Shown here one piece after another: positions 11,401 to 23,720 of a stretch of DNA of 64,000 bases. The first letter of the stretch is position 1, and every line of letters begins with the position of its first letter. The DNA comes from Macrostomum hystrix (taxonomy: Eukaryota; Animalia; Platyhelminthes), in assembly GCA_950097015.1 (NCBI GenBank), contig CATNEN010000007.1:11284001-11348000 (forward strand). The letters are read 5' to 3'. A model generated the notes under the pieces. That model saw nothing but the letters and a program-made list of their open reading frames with translations, had not been told where the DNA came from and did no database searches. A program made the translations under genes and the position numbers.

Positions 11401-14400
11401 CTCGATCCACACCCTGGAGCTGTTCGAGGTCAAGCTGCGCGTCGTCAGCGAGCCGCAGAATCGACCTGGAAGCGGAGCCATTATTTTCAGACTTTCACCG
11501 ATTCTTGTCAGACATTAACTGATTCTTGTCAGACATTAGCCAATTCTTGTCAGACAATATCCAATTCTTGTCAGAAATTAACCAATTCCTATCAGACATT
11601 CACTGATTCTTGTCAGACATTCACCAATTCTTGTCAGACATTTAACAATTCTTGTCAGACATTCACTGATTCTTGTCAGACATTAGCCAATTCTTGTCAG
11701 AAATTAACCGATTCCTATCAGACATTCACCAATTCTTGTCAGACATTCACTGATTCTTGTCAGACATTCACCAATTCTAGTCAGACATTATCCAATTCTT
11801 GTCCGATATTAAACAATTCTTGCCAGACACTCATCCATTCTTGTCAGACACTAGAGAAATCTTGTCAAGCATTAGCCAATTCTAGTCAGACATTCACCAA
11901 CTCTTGTCAAGCATTTCCCAATCATGTCAGGCATTTTCTAATCATGTCAGGCATGTTCTAATATTTTCAGGCATTTTCCAATCATGTCAGGCATGTTCCA
12001 ATCATGTCAGGCATGTTCCAATCATGTCAGGCATGTTCCAATCATGCCAGGCATGTTCCAATGCCGCTGGCACTAACCCAGCAGCGGGGAGCCCCTGTAG
12101 TAGCCGTCGCGGATCTCCAGGTAATGCGAGGTGCAGGTCCGTTTGTCCTGGGCCTGAATGTCCAGCCACTTGATGTCAATCTGCACCTTCTCGCCCTGGG
12201 TTGCGGATATCTGCCATTCGCACCTGACCTCGCCGAGACTGTGATTGGCTGTCAGGGTGGGTGATCCGAACTCGCCGGATTCCTGCGGTTGGTTTTTTAT
12301 CTCTGCGTATGCTAATTGGCTACTGTAAGTAGGCTTGAAGAAAATAGCTACAGCAATCATAGGATTGCAGCTAAGACTGATTGACTGAGACAATGGAGAA
12401 TGACTGAGGGTGGGAATTAACTGAGGGTGGAGAATCAACTGACAGCGGGAAATCATCTGAGGGTGGGGAATTATCTGAGGGTGGGGAATTATCTGAGGGT
12501 GGGGAATTATCTGAGGGTGGGGAATTATCTGAGGGTGGGGAATTATCTGAGGGTGGGGAATTATCTGAGGGTGGGGAATTATCTGAGGGTGGGGAATTAT
12601 CTGAGGGTGGGGAATCATCTGAGGGTGGGGAATTATCTGAGGGTGGGGAATTATCTGAGGGTGGGGAATTATCTGAGGTTAGGAAATCACGTGAGGTTGG
12701 GAATCACCTGAGTTCGGGAAATCACGTGAGGTTGGGAATCACCTGAGGTTGGGAATCACCTGAGGTTGGGAATCACCTGAGGTTGGGGAATCACCTGAGG
12801 TTGGGAATCACCTGAGGTTGGGGAATCACCTGAGGTTGGGAATCACCTGAGGTTGGGAATCACCTGAGGTTGGGAATCACCTGAGGTTGGGAATCACCTG
12901 AGTTCGGGAAATCACGTGAGGTTGGGAATCACCTGAGGTTGGGAATCACTTGAGGTTGGGAATCACCTGAGGTTGGGAATCACGTGAGGTTGGGAATCAC
13001 CTGAGGTTGGGAATCACGTGAGGTTGGGAATCACGTGAGGTTGGGAATCACCTGAGGTTGGGAATCACCTGAGGTTGGGAATCACCTGAGGTTGGGAATC
13101 ACCTGAGATTGGGAATCACCTGAGGTTAGGGAATCACCTGACTGTGGAGAATTATCTGAGGGTAGGGAATTATCTGACGGTGGGAATCACCTGAGGAATC
13201 ACCTGAGAGGCTGAATCATCTGAATTGGATTTCAACAAAATTTCAGTCCACCCACCTGAAGCAGGGTGCCGCCGCACTTCTTGCAGCCGTACAGTTTTCG
13301 CACCTGCCGGATGTCTCCAGCCGATATGTATAACCTCTGGCCGATCTTGGGCCTCGGGCAGCACGGCACGGGCCTCATGGCGTCCAGGTTAGGCGCAGTG
13401 GCGAAGGTGCTGCGCGCGTAATGCATTATGGAGTCGAAGTCGTACGGCTCATTCAGCGAGTTCACGTCTTGGCTTGTTAGCACCTTGAAGTTGTACTTCT
13501 GGCCTGCGAATTGCCGTACAGACTACTGCTAGTAGATTTGCGGCCTTGCGCATGCATCTTTAATTGACCATGTGGCATTTTCAGGTGAGAGGACTGTCAG
13601 GTGAGAGGACTGTCAGGTGAGAGGACTGTCAGGTGAGAGGACTGTCAGGTGAGAGGACTGTCAGGTAAGAGGACTGTCAGGTGAGAGGACTGTCAGTTGA
13701 GAGGACTGTCAGGTGAGAGGACTGTCAGGTAAGAGGACTGTCAGGTGAGAGGACTGTCAGGTAAGAGGACTGCCAGGTGAGAGGACTGTCAGGTGAGAGG
13801 ACTGTCAGGTAAGAGGACTGTCAGGTGAGAGGACTGTCAGGTGAGAGGACTGTCAGGTAAGAGGACTGTCAGGTGATAGGACTGTCAGGTGAGAGGACTG
13901 TCAGGTGATAGGACTGTCAGGTGAGAGGACTGTTAGGTGATAGGACTGTCAGGTGAGAGGACTGTCAGGTGAGAGGACTGTCAGGTGAGAGGACTGTCAG
14001 GTGAGAGGACTGTCAGGTGAGAGGACTGTCAGGTAAGAGGACTGTCAGGTGAGAGGACTGTCAGGTGAGAGGACTGTCAGGTGAGAGGACTGTCAGGTAA
14101 GAGGACTGTCAGGTGAGAGGACTGTCAGGTGATAGGACTGTCAGGTGAGAGGACTTTCAGGTGAGAGGACTGTCAGGTGATTTCAGGTGCAAGCTGCCGC
14201 TAGTGTGGGAAGGATTTCAGCCTCTTTCTGCACCTGAACGCGTTGTCCCTCAGGCGATGAGTTTATAATTTTGAAATTTGGCGCAGCAGAAAAGCTGTTT
14301 CAATTCTCAGCACCGGATCTGCGCCAGTCTCCCAGCGCCGAAAGAAACTTATTTTTAAATGTGCCCCGCAAATTGCAGACAAATTTTGCAGGGGATTTTT

Positions 14401-17400
14401 GCCCCAATCCGTTGCGGAACCCAGGGGAATTCGGCTCTGGATCAAAGCAATCCAGGCAGGTGCGAAATTCCTGAATCCCGAAAGCACCTCGCCTTAGCCG
14501 GTTGGGGGGGCGTCCGCGCACGGATGAAATATTCTGGCTGCTGGAGCCGCATAGAGAATGAAAGCTAAACTGCATCAGGGGAGGGGGTTGGCGGCCGCCA
14601 TACAAGTGCAGGCCGCTCTGATTCGGCTGCGCACAGACCGGTCATTGGGGCTTATTCACTTCTGTAACTGACGGCAGCTTAGCTGAGTAAGAAGAGATTC
14701 GGCTTGGGATCTTTGCTACATATGCGATTCTAAGAAAATTGCCGATTCTAAGAAAATTGCCGATTCTAAGAAAATTGCCGATTCTAAGAAAAATTGCCGA
14801 TTCTAAGAAAAAATTGCCGATTCTAAGAAAATCGATTAAAAAACGGCTCATGTTCAAAGAGAACTGGCGATTTTAAGAAACTCGCCTTCTCGGAAATCGA
14901 TTATTCAAAGAGAACCGGCGATTCGATCCAAAACTGTGATTTTCTATGATAATGAGAAACAATCGATCATTTTACAGATATGAGTGACTTTTAGAAAATG
15001 GCCTTTAAAAGTTTGAGTCCACTCACTCTCCAGGATGTTCTTCTCGATGATTTCGATGTAATTGTCCCTGTCTGGTCGGGTGTGCTCGTGCCAGAAGCCG
15101 ATCACGTGACCTAGTTCGTGCATGACGATTCCCAGCTTGTCGCAGTTCTTACCGATGCTGACACTCTGGACGCCGCCTTTGCGACCGACGTAGCTGCAGC
15201 AGCCGCAGTCCAGGGCGGTGAACTCGATGTAGGAGTCGTGCGAGGCCTCCTTTTCCACGAAGCGAATGCAGCTCACGTTCTCCCACTGCAGCATGGCCTG
15301 CTTGAATAACGCATGCTGCTTGCCTGGCGAGTGGGCAGGGAGAGTGGACAGGTGTCATAGACAGGCACAGGTGTGATGGACAGGCACATGTTGGATGGAC
15401 AGGCACAGGTGTGATGGACAGGCACATGTTGGATGGACAGGCACAGGTGTGATGGACAGGCACATGTTGGATGGACAGGCACAGGTGTGATGGACAGGCA
15501 CATGTTGGATGGACAGGCACAGGTGTGATGGACAGGCACATGTTGGATGGACAGGCACAGGTGTGATGGACAGGCACATGTTGGATGGACAGGCACAGGT
15601 GTGATGGACAGACACATGTTGGATGGACAGGCACAGGTGTGATGGACAGGCACATGTTGGATGGACAGGCAAAAAGTGTGATAGACAGGCAAAAATAAGA
15701 TGAGACCAGAGTTTAGGGCCCCTCGGTGCACAATATTCCCCAGAGACCTGCCTAAGTGAATTTGAAATTAAATGGGAAATGCAAGAAATTGGTTAGAAGC
15801 TGACCCACCCTCTGTGAGAAGTTGCCTTTCATCTTTGCCATGCAGGGCGGGCTCGGGCCGAGGGGTCAGCGGAGTGGAGCCCGCGATGAGGCGGGCCAAA
15901 TGGGATCGAAGGGAAATCAAAGGGAAATTTTCTGATTTGCATAATCTCCACTGCTCATCGGCACTTCAATCCGGCTGAGTGCGGTTGCGAGAGGGGGACT
16001 CAGGAGGGAGACCTGACTCAAGTGGCCTCGCTTATTCTCAGCCGCTCAGATGTCAAACTCGAGAAATGAACTCAGCTGAGGCTTTGGAGCTCGGCAGAGA
16101 TAGGGAGATCTTTGGCAATGGGCAATCCAACTGGAGAGCGGATGAGATAATCTGGGGAGGGGATGAGATAATCTGGGGAGGGGATGAGGTAATCTGGGGA
16201 GGGGATGAGGTAAACTGGGGAGGGGATGAGATAATCTGGGGAGGGGATGAGATAATCTGGGGAGGGGATGAGATAATCTGGGGAGGGGATGAGATAATCT
16301 GGGGAGGGGATGAGATAATCTGGGGAGGGGATGAGATAATCTGGGGAGGGGATGAGATAAACGGGAGATTCGACGGGATAAACAAGAGAAAGGGTGAGAT
16401 TAACGGGAGAGGAGATGAGAAGAGCCGAGTCACCGACTCACTGGAGAAGTTGGCTTGGATCCGGTAGGGAATGACGCCATGCTTCCACAGCCTCTTCTTG
16501 TCAGCCGTGGCGGCCCGCTTGAACCTGGCTACGCTGCGCTCCGGGTAGCCCGAGGGGTGCGCCGACCTGCGGACCCGCGACGACCGCCGCTGGCGCTGTC
16601 GCCGCTGCTGCTGCTGCTTATGGCGCCGCTGTCTACGCCGTTCACGCTGGCGACGACGGCGACGCCGCTGCCGACGCCGCAGCCGACGCCGCTCCTCCTC
16701 GTTGTTGCTTCGGCTGCCACCACCGCCGCCGCCTCTGCCGCCACTGTGGCGACCTCGCTTTCTTCGCTGACGCTTCGCCTGAGGTGGTCGCGCTGAAGGC
16801 GTTGAATTGAAGTCGACGAACTGGCCCAGGTGGGCCTGCAGCTCCTCGGCGGTGGTCGCCTTGGTGGCCGACGCTGAAGCCACCGCTTCGTCGTTAAGGA
16901 CGCCGTTTCGCCGAAGAATTCGAACGTCATCTTCATCCAAGGCGATGTCGCCCATGAACATCACTGCGGGATGGCGAATGAGGAGCTGGGATTTCAGTGC
17001 TGCTGGGAATTCGATGGCGGATTCGAAGGCAGGTGGGGATTCGAAGGCAGGTGGGGATTCGAAGGCAGTTGGGGATTCGAAGGCAGTTGGGGATTCGAAG
17101 GCAGGTGGGGATTCGAAGGCAGGTGGGGATTCGAAGGCAGGTGGGGATTCGAAGGCAGGTGGGGATTCGAAGGCAGGTGGGGATTCGAAGGCAGGTGGGG
17201 ATTTCGGATGTGGCTGATGCATCCCTCACTGCAGGGTGAAAACTTGGGGAAGCGCTGCATAGCTGCAGCCATCGCCCGCTTGGAGAAAGATGGCTGGGTA
17301 CAGGCTTCACCTGTACCGAATTATTGTACCGAACCGAGGGAACCAAACATGGGTGTAAAATGCGTTCGAGAGGCTGAGGAGCGAGTGACTGAGGGGCAGG

Positions 17401-17923
17401 AAATTGCTGAAAGATTTACGTGCGATGAAAGTCTTAGATAGATACACATATTCATACATGTGGAATAGATAAGTGTAGGGATGCAGTGATGAGAGGCATA
17501 TAGAAAATATAACGTGTAAACTTGTATAGGAACCAGGGGGAGGGAGGAGGAGACATAGGAGAGGGAGAGGAGGAAGGAGAGGGAGAGAGGGAGGAGAGAA
17601 AGGAGAGGGAGGAGGGGGAAGAGAGGGAAGAGAGGGAGAAGAGGGAGGAGGGGGAAGAGAGGAAGGAGAAGCTCAGCAGTCAAGGCTTTAAGAGACTTAC
17701 CAGCCTTGCATGGATTCAAATGCTCGCCCTCCTGCCACGGTTTCTGCGGCTGCAGCTTCGGTAGCGACGCTGGGGTCGGCGGCCTCGGCGTCTCTGCTGC
17801 TGCCGCGGCGTTGGCGGACGGGCAGCCGGGCGCGAGCAGCAGGAGCGCCGCCAATGACAGCAGCGCGGCCAGCGTCAGCTCTTGCGTCGGCCGCGACGGC
17901 GCCGTAAACCGGCTTGGTGGCAT
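5432..17923 (-). CDS. BMP1/tolloid: BMP1/tolloid-like astacin metalloprotease (signal peptide, prodomain, astacin, CUB-CUB-EGF-CUB-EGF-CUB-CUB); 15 exons
   Basis: Exons (minus strand): 17923-17701, 16963-16442, 15323-15027, 13503-13256, 12282-12078, 11465-11349, 11261-11116, 9781-9586, 8580-8285, 8202-8056, 7917-7630, 7020-6804, 6351-6171, 5887-5803, 5692-5432. All junctions are GT-AG with consistent phases. Motifs: [14 protein letters not shown] prodomain, RFKR|AATA furin site, [20 protein letters not shown] zinc motif, SIMHY Met-turn, five CUB and two EGF-Ca domains. Confidence 0.96.
5932..6128. repeat. Minisatellite, 34-bp unit GAAATCTCAGAGAATCCAACGGATATCTAATAGA (tolloid intron 13)
   Basis: Direct reading, ~6 copies. 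Confidence 0.95.
6478..6744. repeat. Minisatellite, 20-bp unit AGATTCAGGAGAGCTGTTAG (tolloid intron 12)
   Basis: Direct reading, ~13 copies. Confidence 0.95.
7028..7605. repeat. Minisatellite, 21-bp unit GGGATCTGGGAATTGCAGCTA (tolloid intron 11)
   Basis: Direct reading; fills almost the whole intron. Confidence 0.95.
8655..8912. repeat. Degenerate 10/30-bp repeat GGTCAAGGTG (tolloid intron 8)
   Basis: Direct reading; interrupted. Confidence 0.75.
9893..11093. repeat. Minisatellite, 20-bp unit CTCCTTCAAAACCACTCCAC, ~60 copies (tolloid intron 7)
   Basis: Direct reading; explains three spurious 420-500 aa ORFs. Confidence 0.97.
11485..12062. repeat. Minisatellite, 21-bp ATTCTTGTCAGACATTCACCA grading into 20-bp AATCATGTCAGGCATGTTCC (tolloid intron 5)
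   Basis: Direct reading. Confidence 0.93.
12401..13207. repeat. Minisatellite, 18-bp GGGAATTATCTGAGGGTG then 17-bp GGGAATCACCTGAGGTT (tolloid intron 4)
   Basis: Direct reading; two related sub-arrays. Confidence 0.95.
13581..14181. repeat. Minisatellite, 16-bp unit CAGGTGAGAGGACTGT, ~37 copies (tolloid intron 3)
   Basis: Direct reading. Confidence 0.97.
14726..14832. repeat. Minisatellite, ~18-bp unit GCCGATTCTAAGAAAATT (tolloid intron 3)
   Basis: Direct reading, ~5-6 copies. Confidence 0.88.
15345..15692. repeat. Minisatellite, 38-bp unit made of two related 19-mers (GATGGACAGGCACA core; tolloid intron 2)
   Basis: Direct reading. Confidence 0.95.
16139..16362. repeat. Minisatellite, 21-bp unit GATGAGATAATCTGGGGAGGG (tolloid intron 2)
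   Basis: Direct reading, ~10 copies. Confidence 0.95.
17020..17206. repeat. Minisatellite, 18-bp unit GATTCGAAGGCAGGTGGG (tolloid intron 1)
   Basis: Direct reading, ~10 copies. Confidence 0.95.
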
Positions 17924-18457
17924 GCCGAACCGCCTACAGTGGAGGTGGATGAGGTGGGGCAGCTGTGTGGCAGGAGGGGAAATCGAGACGGGATTGCATT
18001 TTCTGAGCCGTTTTTATCTGACGAAGTGGGAATCGTGAAGTCTGAGCATTTTAGCATCGGGAGTGGAGTCTGTCGCATGTTTTATTCAAGTCCCAGACGG
18101 CATGGACATTGCTGACCTGTGATTATGGGATCAGGGGATCGTGTTGCAGCATCCTACACCTGGCATCCCGGCCGAACAGCAGCTGCTCGGGGCCCCTTTA
18201 ATCCCAGTCTCGGGTGGCTCAGCTGGGATCAGTTTGGATTCGATTATTCAGCTCTGAGCTGACATGACTACTCGGCATGACGGCCTCACAAACTGCTCGC
18301 CCGGATTCACTTTCGGATTTGATAGAAGACACGGCCGAAACAAGATCAGCTGATTAATGATGGACAAGGAGAGGGAGAAGAGCAGGTCTTGTTCGCCGCC
18401 ATTTTCTAAACATGCAGTCCAGGATGTGAGGCTCCAAGAGCGATGAGCCGGTGGGAC

Positions 18458-19420
18458 GGGTGAGGGAGTGAGAGGAAGGGTGAGGGAGTGAGAGGAAGGG
18501 TGAGGGAGTGAGAGGAAGGGTGAGGGAGTGAGAGGAAGGGTGAGGCAGTGAGAGGAAGGGTGAGGGAGTGAGAGGAAGGGTGAGGGAGTGAGAGGAAGGG
18601 TGAGGGAGTGAGAGGAAGGGTGAGGCAGTGAGAGGAAGGGTGAGGGAAGGGTGAGGGAGTGAGAGGAAGGGTGAGGGAAGGGTGAGGGAGTGAGAGGAAG
18701 GGTGAGGGAAGGGTGAGGGAGTGAGAGGAAGGGTGAGGCAGTGAGAGGAAGGGTGAGGGAAGGGTGAGGGAGTGAGAGGAAGGGTGAGGGAAGGGTGAGT
18801 GAGTGAGAGGAAGGGTGAGGGAGTGAGAGGAAGGGTGAGGGAGTGAGAGGAAGGGTGAGGGAGTGAGAGGAAGGGTGAGGCAGTGAGAGGAAGGGTGAGG
18901 GAGTGAGAGGAAGGGTGAGGGAGTGAGAGGAAGGGTGAGGGAGTGAGAGGAAGGGTGAGGCAGTGAGAGGAAGGGTGAGGGAAGGGTGAGGGAGTGAGAG
19001 GAAGGGTGAGGGAAGGGTGAGGGAGTGAGAGGAAGGGTGAGGGAAGGGTGAGGGAGTGAGAGGAAGGGTGAGGCAGTGAGAGGAAGGGTGAGGGAAGGGT
19101 GAGGGAGTGAGAGGAAGGGTGAGGGAAGGGTGAGGGAGTGAGAGGAAGGGTGAGGGAAGGGTGAGGGAGTGAGAGGAAGGGTGAGGGAAGGGTGAGGGAG
19201 TGAGAGGAAGGGTGAGGGAGTGAGAGGAAGGGTGAGGGAGTGAGAGGAAGGGTGAGGGAAGGGTGAGGGAGTGAGAGGAAGGGTGAGGGAGTGAGAGGAA
19301 GGGTGAGGGAGTGAGAGGAAGGGTGAGGGAGTGAGAGGAAGGGTGAGGGAAGGGTGAGGGAGTGAGAGAAAGGGTGTGGGAGTGAGAAGAAGGATGAGGA
19401 GTGAGAGGAAGGGTGAGAGA
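18458..19420. repeat. Purine-rich minisatellite GGGTGAGGGAGTGAGAGGAA (20 bp with shorter variants)
   Basis: Direct reading. Confidence 0.95.
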
Positions 19421-20211
19421 CTGCTTGAACTGAATAGATGCAAATACCTGACTGCAGTGAGCAAGCCAAATGCAGAAATGAGCTTTAATCTTAATCGCAG
19501 GGTAGCCTGTTAAGCAGTATTGAATCCGCATTGAAAAAGCACTGACACGCAATGAAATGCGGTGCAATAGATTGCAGATAAAAATCTGTCAAGCCTGACT
19601 ATCGGTAATAAACCAAACAGGGCTGGCCAGTGGACTGGCTGTTGCATTTGTCTGCTTTTTTCAACAAGCAATGAACAGCCAAGCTTGTCAGACTGTCAGC
19701 TTGGCTACACAGCGGGGCCGCTGTTGATCCAGGGGCTGCCACATAAAATAGAGGCACGCTGTGCCGTAGCGGTCAAGTTGATCTTTCCTGATGGCCATCA
19801 AACATTCGTCGCTCTCGGCCTCTCGGCGGGTCCCGGTCTGTTGTGGTCATAAAAACTCGCCGCCGCTCCGTGCCCCTTCGGCAAGATTCAGTTTTCCTGG
19901 CACAGACTGCAGCAACCTGTCTTGGCTATCAGTTTTATCCGCAGCTATGGGATTCCAGGTGTTAGCTTAAGGGATGACTCAGCACCCCCTACCCATCCAT
20001 ACTCAGCTACAGATAGGGACGGAATCGCGAATCGCCATACATCTTGGTAAAAACTTGCTGCTGCTGCTGCTGCTGCTGCTGTGACAATGCGGTCGATTTT
20101 CGCTTGGCTCTAGCTATCGACTCAGAGCTCGAGGCTGCAGGATTTCTGAGTGAAGAGTGCGGCAGAAGCTCGAACAGGCATTCGATTTGTACATGGCTAT
20201 GGGATTTTGTG

Positions 20212-21211
20212 TCAGATCTAGCTGTCTTGTGATTCAGATCTAGCTGTCATGTGTTTCAGATCTAGCTGATATTTGCTTCAGATCTAGCTGTCATGTGTTT
20301 CAGATCTTGCTGTCATGTGTTTCAGATCTAGTTGTCTTGTGATTCAGATCTAGCTGTCATGTAATTCAGATCTAGCTGTCATGCGTTTCAGATCTAGCTG
20401 TCATGTGATTCAGATCTAGCTGTCATGTGATTCAGATCTAGCTGTCATGTAATTCAGATCTAGCTGTCATGTGATTCAGATCTAGCTGTCATGTAATTCA
20501 GATCTAGCTGTCATGTGATTCAGATCTAGCTGTCATGTGTTTCAGATCTAGTTGTCTTGTGATTCAGATCTAGCTGTCATGTAATTCAGATCTAGCTGTC
20601 ATGTGATTCAGATCTTGCTGTCATGCGTTTCAGATCTAGCTGTCATGTGATTCAGATCTAGCTGTCATGCGTTTCAGATCTAGCTGTCATGTGATTCAGA
20701 TCTAGCTGTCATGTGTTTCAGATCTAGTTGTCTTGTGATTCAGATCTAGCTGTCATGTAATTCAGATCTAGCTGTCATGTGTTTCAGATCTTGCTGTCAT
20801 GTGTTTCAGATCTAGCTGATATTTGCTTCAGATCTAGCTGTCATGCGTTTCAGATCTAGCTGATATTTGCTTCAGATCTAGCTGTCATGTGTTTCAGATC
20901 TTGATGTCATGTGTTTCAGATCTAGCTGTCATGCGTTTCAGATCTAGCTGTCATGTGATTCAGATCTAGCTGTCATGTGTTTCAGATCTAGTTGTCTTGT
21001 GATTCAGATCTAGCTGTCATGTAATTCAGATCTAGCTGTCATGCGTTTCAGATCTAGCTGTCATGTGATTCAGATCTAGCTGTCATGTGATTCAGATCTA
21101 GCTGTCATGTAATTCAGATCTAGCTGTCATGTGATTCAGATCTTGCTGTCATGCGTTTCAGATCTAGCTGTCATGTGATTCAGATCTAGCTGTCATGCGT
21201 TTCAGATCTAG
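20212..21211. repeat. Minisatellite, 22-bp unit TCAGATCTAGCTGTCATGTGAT, ~45 copies
   Basis: Direct reading. Confidence 0.97.
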
Positions 21212-22015
21212 GTGCCAAGTAAATTTCTCAAAGTTCCGAGTTATGTTTTTCCAGCTCGCAATATTTCAGTGAGGTGCAAAGCAGTTAGTCAATAAAAATT
21301 ACCTTAGTATTGCTGTGCTGTCTGCTGCTGCGCTGTCTCGCAGTCTGTCTTACAGTCTGTCTTGCTGTCTGTCTTGCAGTCTGTCTTTCTGTCCGGCTGT
21401 CTGTCAGTCAGCAGGTAATGCAGTTTCAAGCCATTTCAAATGTGAGGAGTCGCTAAGTGAGATTTCTTAGACAAAAGCCAGAATTTTTTATCCATACAGT
21501 CACGACAGGGCCCACTTGCCTGTCCCTCTGGGATATTCTGGGATAATATCTCTGTGTCTGGGGAATAAGGTGGGGCCGGGACTGCCCCACCCCACAAACA
21601 CGAGACCTCATTGGCTGGCCAACTCTGGCTTGAAAGTTTGGGAAACTGGTGAGTTAATTGCCCTACCTAGCCAATCTAACCAATGAAGTCACGCAGACAA
21701 GTGTGTGTGTGTGTGTGTGTGTTGTTTAGGCTGTCGGCAGGCAGACAACAAGGCCATTGGGCAGGCCTGGACCTGCCTAGGGACTCCAGGGAGTAATTTT
21801 CTGCGCTAACTTTATTGATCTAGTTGGGGAGGTGGATGTAGGAGGGCCAGCTGCTGCTCACATTGGGATAACTGCTCCAGACACTGTTGTGTTAAAGTGC
21901 GCATCGCTATGCACATTTTCTAGGCTTAAACTGTACCCCTTGTGCACCTGGAGCACTTTCAGCAGCTCATTAAGCAGATCAGCTTTGCTTCCCCACATCT
22001 GTCGGCAAATCCTGT

Positions 22016-22410
22016 GACACATCTAGCGACAGATCTAGCGACACATCTAGCGACACATCTAGCGACACATCTAGCGACACATCTAGCGACACATCTAGCG
22101 AGACATCTAGCGACACATCTAGCGAGACATCTAGCGACACATCTAGCGAGACATCTAGCGACACATCTAGCGAGACATCTAGCGACACATCTAGCAATAC
22201 ATCTGGCGATACATCTAGAGATATATCTAGGGATACATGTAGCGACAAATCTGATGACACGAGCTAGCCACATAATCTAGCGATACATCTAGGGATACAT
22301 CTAGGGATACATCTAGGGATACATCTAGGGATACATCTAGGGATACATCTATTGATGAATCCAGCGATACATCTGGCGATGCATGCAGCGATGCATCTAG
22401 AGACACATAG
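22016..22410. repeat. 12-bp repeat ACACATCTAGCG / ATACATCTAGGG
   Basis: Direct reading. Confidence 0.92.
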
Positions 22411-22630
22411 CGACAGACTCACGACTGGGAGCCACCTGGTGCTGCCGACCAATGAATTCACCTCATTAGTTTGCCAACCAAAGGCGTTTGAAAAGTGCAG
22501 CAGCCGCAGCAGCGGCGGTCGATGCCCGGAGCCCTAGACCAGAAGGTCGGGCGCAGACTCTGGCCAGAATCTGACAGGCGGGGCTTTGTTTAATTGCTGA
22601 CTGGCCCGATAGCTGCAGCTACTGCTGCTT

Positions 22631-22661
<31 letters not shown>

Positions 22662-23009
22662 TGCTTCTGCTGCTTCTGCTGCTTCTGCTACTGCCTCTTG
22701 CGCGGCAGAATTCTTCACCACTTCCTTCTTGACCCGTTGTAAACAACTGTGGAGATGCCAGTCATTGTGAAAGGGCGGCCTCCAGCCCCCCAGCCAGAGC
22801 TGCTGCCTGTCAGAGGACAGCGGGCCGCCACCCGCTTGGCTGCCAGATAAGCCGGACCTGCGGCTGGCAGGTTGCACTCGACTGCCGTGGCCGCAAAGTG
22901 AGCCACGGACTGCCAATCAGCGCGTGGGATTCTCGCATTGTCTGCCGCTCCGATTCACCTGCAGTATCCGCGCCTCATGCCTACCTGTTATGGCCTGCCC
23001 TGCCTGTCT

Positions 23010-23240
23010 CTCTCACTCTACATCTCACTCTACCTCTCACTCTTCCTCTACCTCTCACTCTTCCTCTACCCCTCACTTCTATCTCTCACTCTTCTTCTAT
23101 CTCTCACTCTACGTCTACCTCTCACTCTTCCTCTACCTCTTCCTCTACCCCTCACTCTACTTCTATCTCTCACTCTACCTCTACCTCTCACTCTACCTCT
23201 CTCTCCACCTCTCACTCTACCACTCACCCTCTACTCTTAC
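23010..23240. repeat. Pyrimidine-rich degenerate repeat (CTCTCACTCTAC)
   Basis: Direct reading. Confidence 0.85.
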
Positions 23241-23720
23241 CTTCCATCGCCCAGCACTGTGTCTCTGGTAGTTTATTCTCTAGTTAATATTTTTCACTCC
23301 CTATGTCACCTGTTTGTCTTTCAAAATTTAGTTTTTCAGTCCTAATATTTGCCTCATCGCGAGGCATTTTTGTTCTCATCGTCACGCTTCTCTAGTACTC
23401 TAGTATTATAACTCAATTAAATATTTTACGAGTATATCGCAAAGTCCAGCAGCGGCGGCAGCACACCGGGAGAGAGATTGAAAGCATAGAGCAGCACAAT
23501 AAAGAAGACACTAGAAGATTAATAAGAGTAACCATCAAGATGAGCTCTGCACCCTCAGCCACTCAGCCTCGGCCCGCAGCTCCGCAGTTCATATTTTCGC
23601 TGTTCTTTAAAGCACTTTTTTATTGCTGGCATAAAATAAACTCATTCTCACCGAGCCTGCCAGCCCCGAACAATCAGACTGTCAACTGAGCAGCCCGCCT
23701 GACTAACCAGACTGCCCCCG

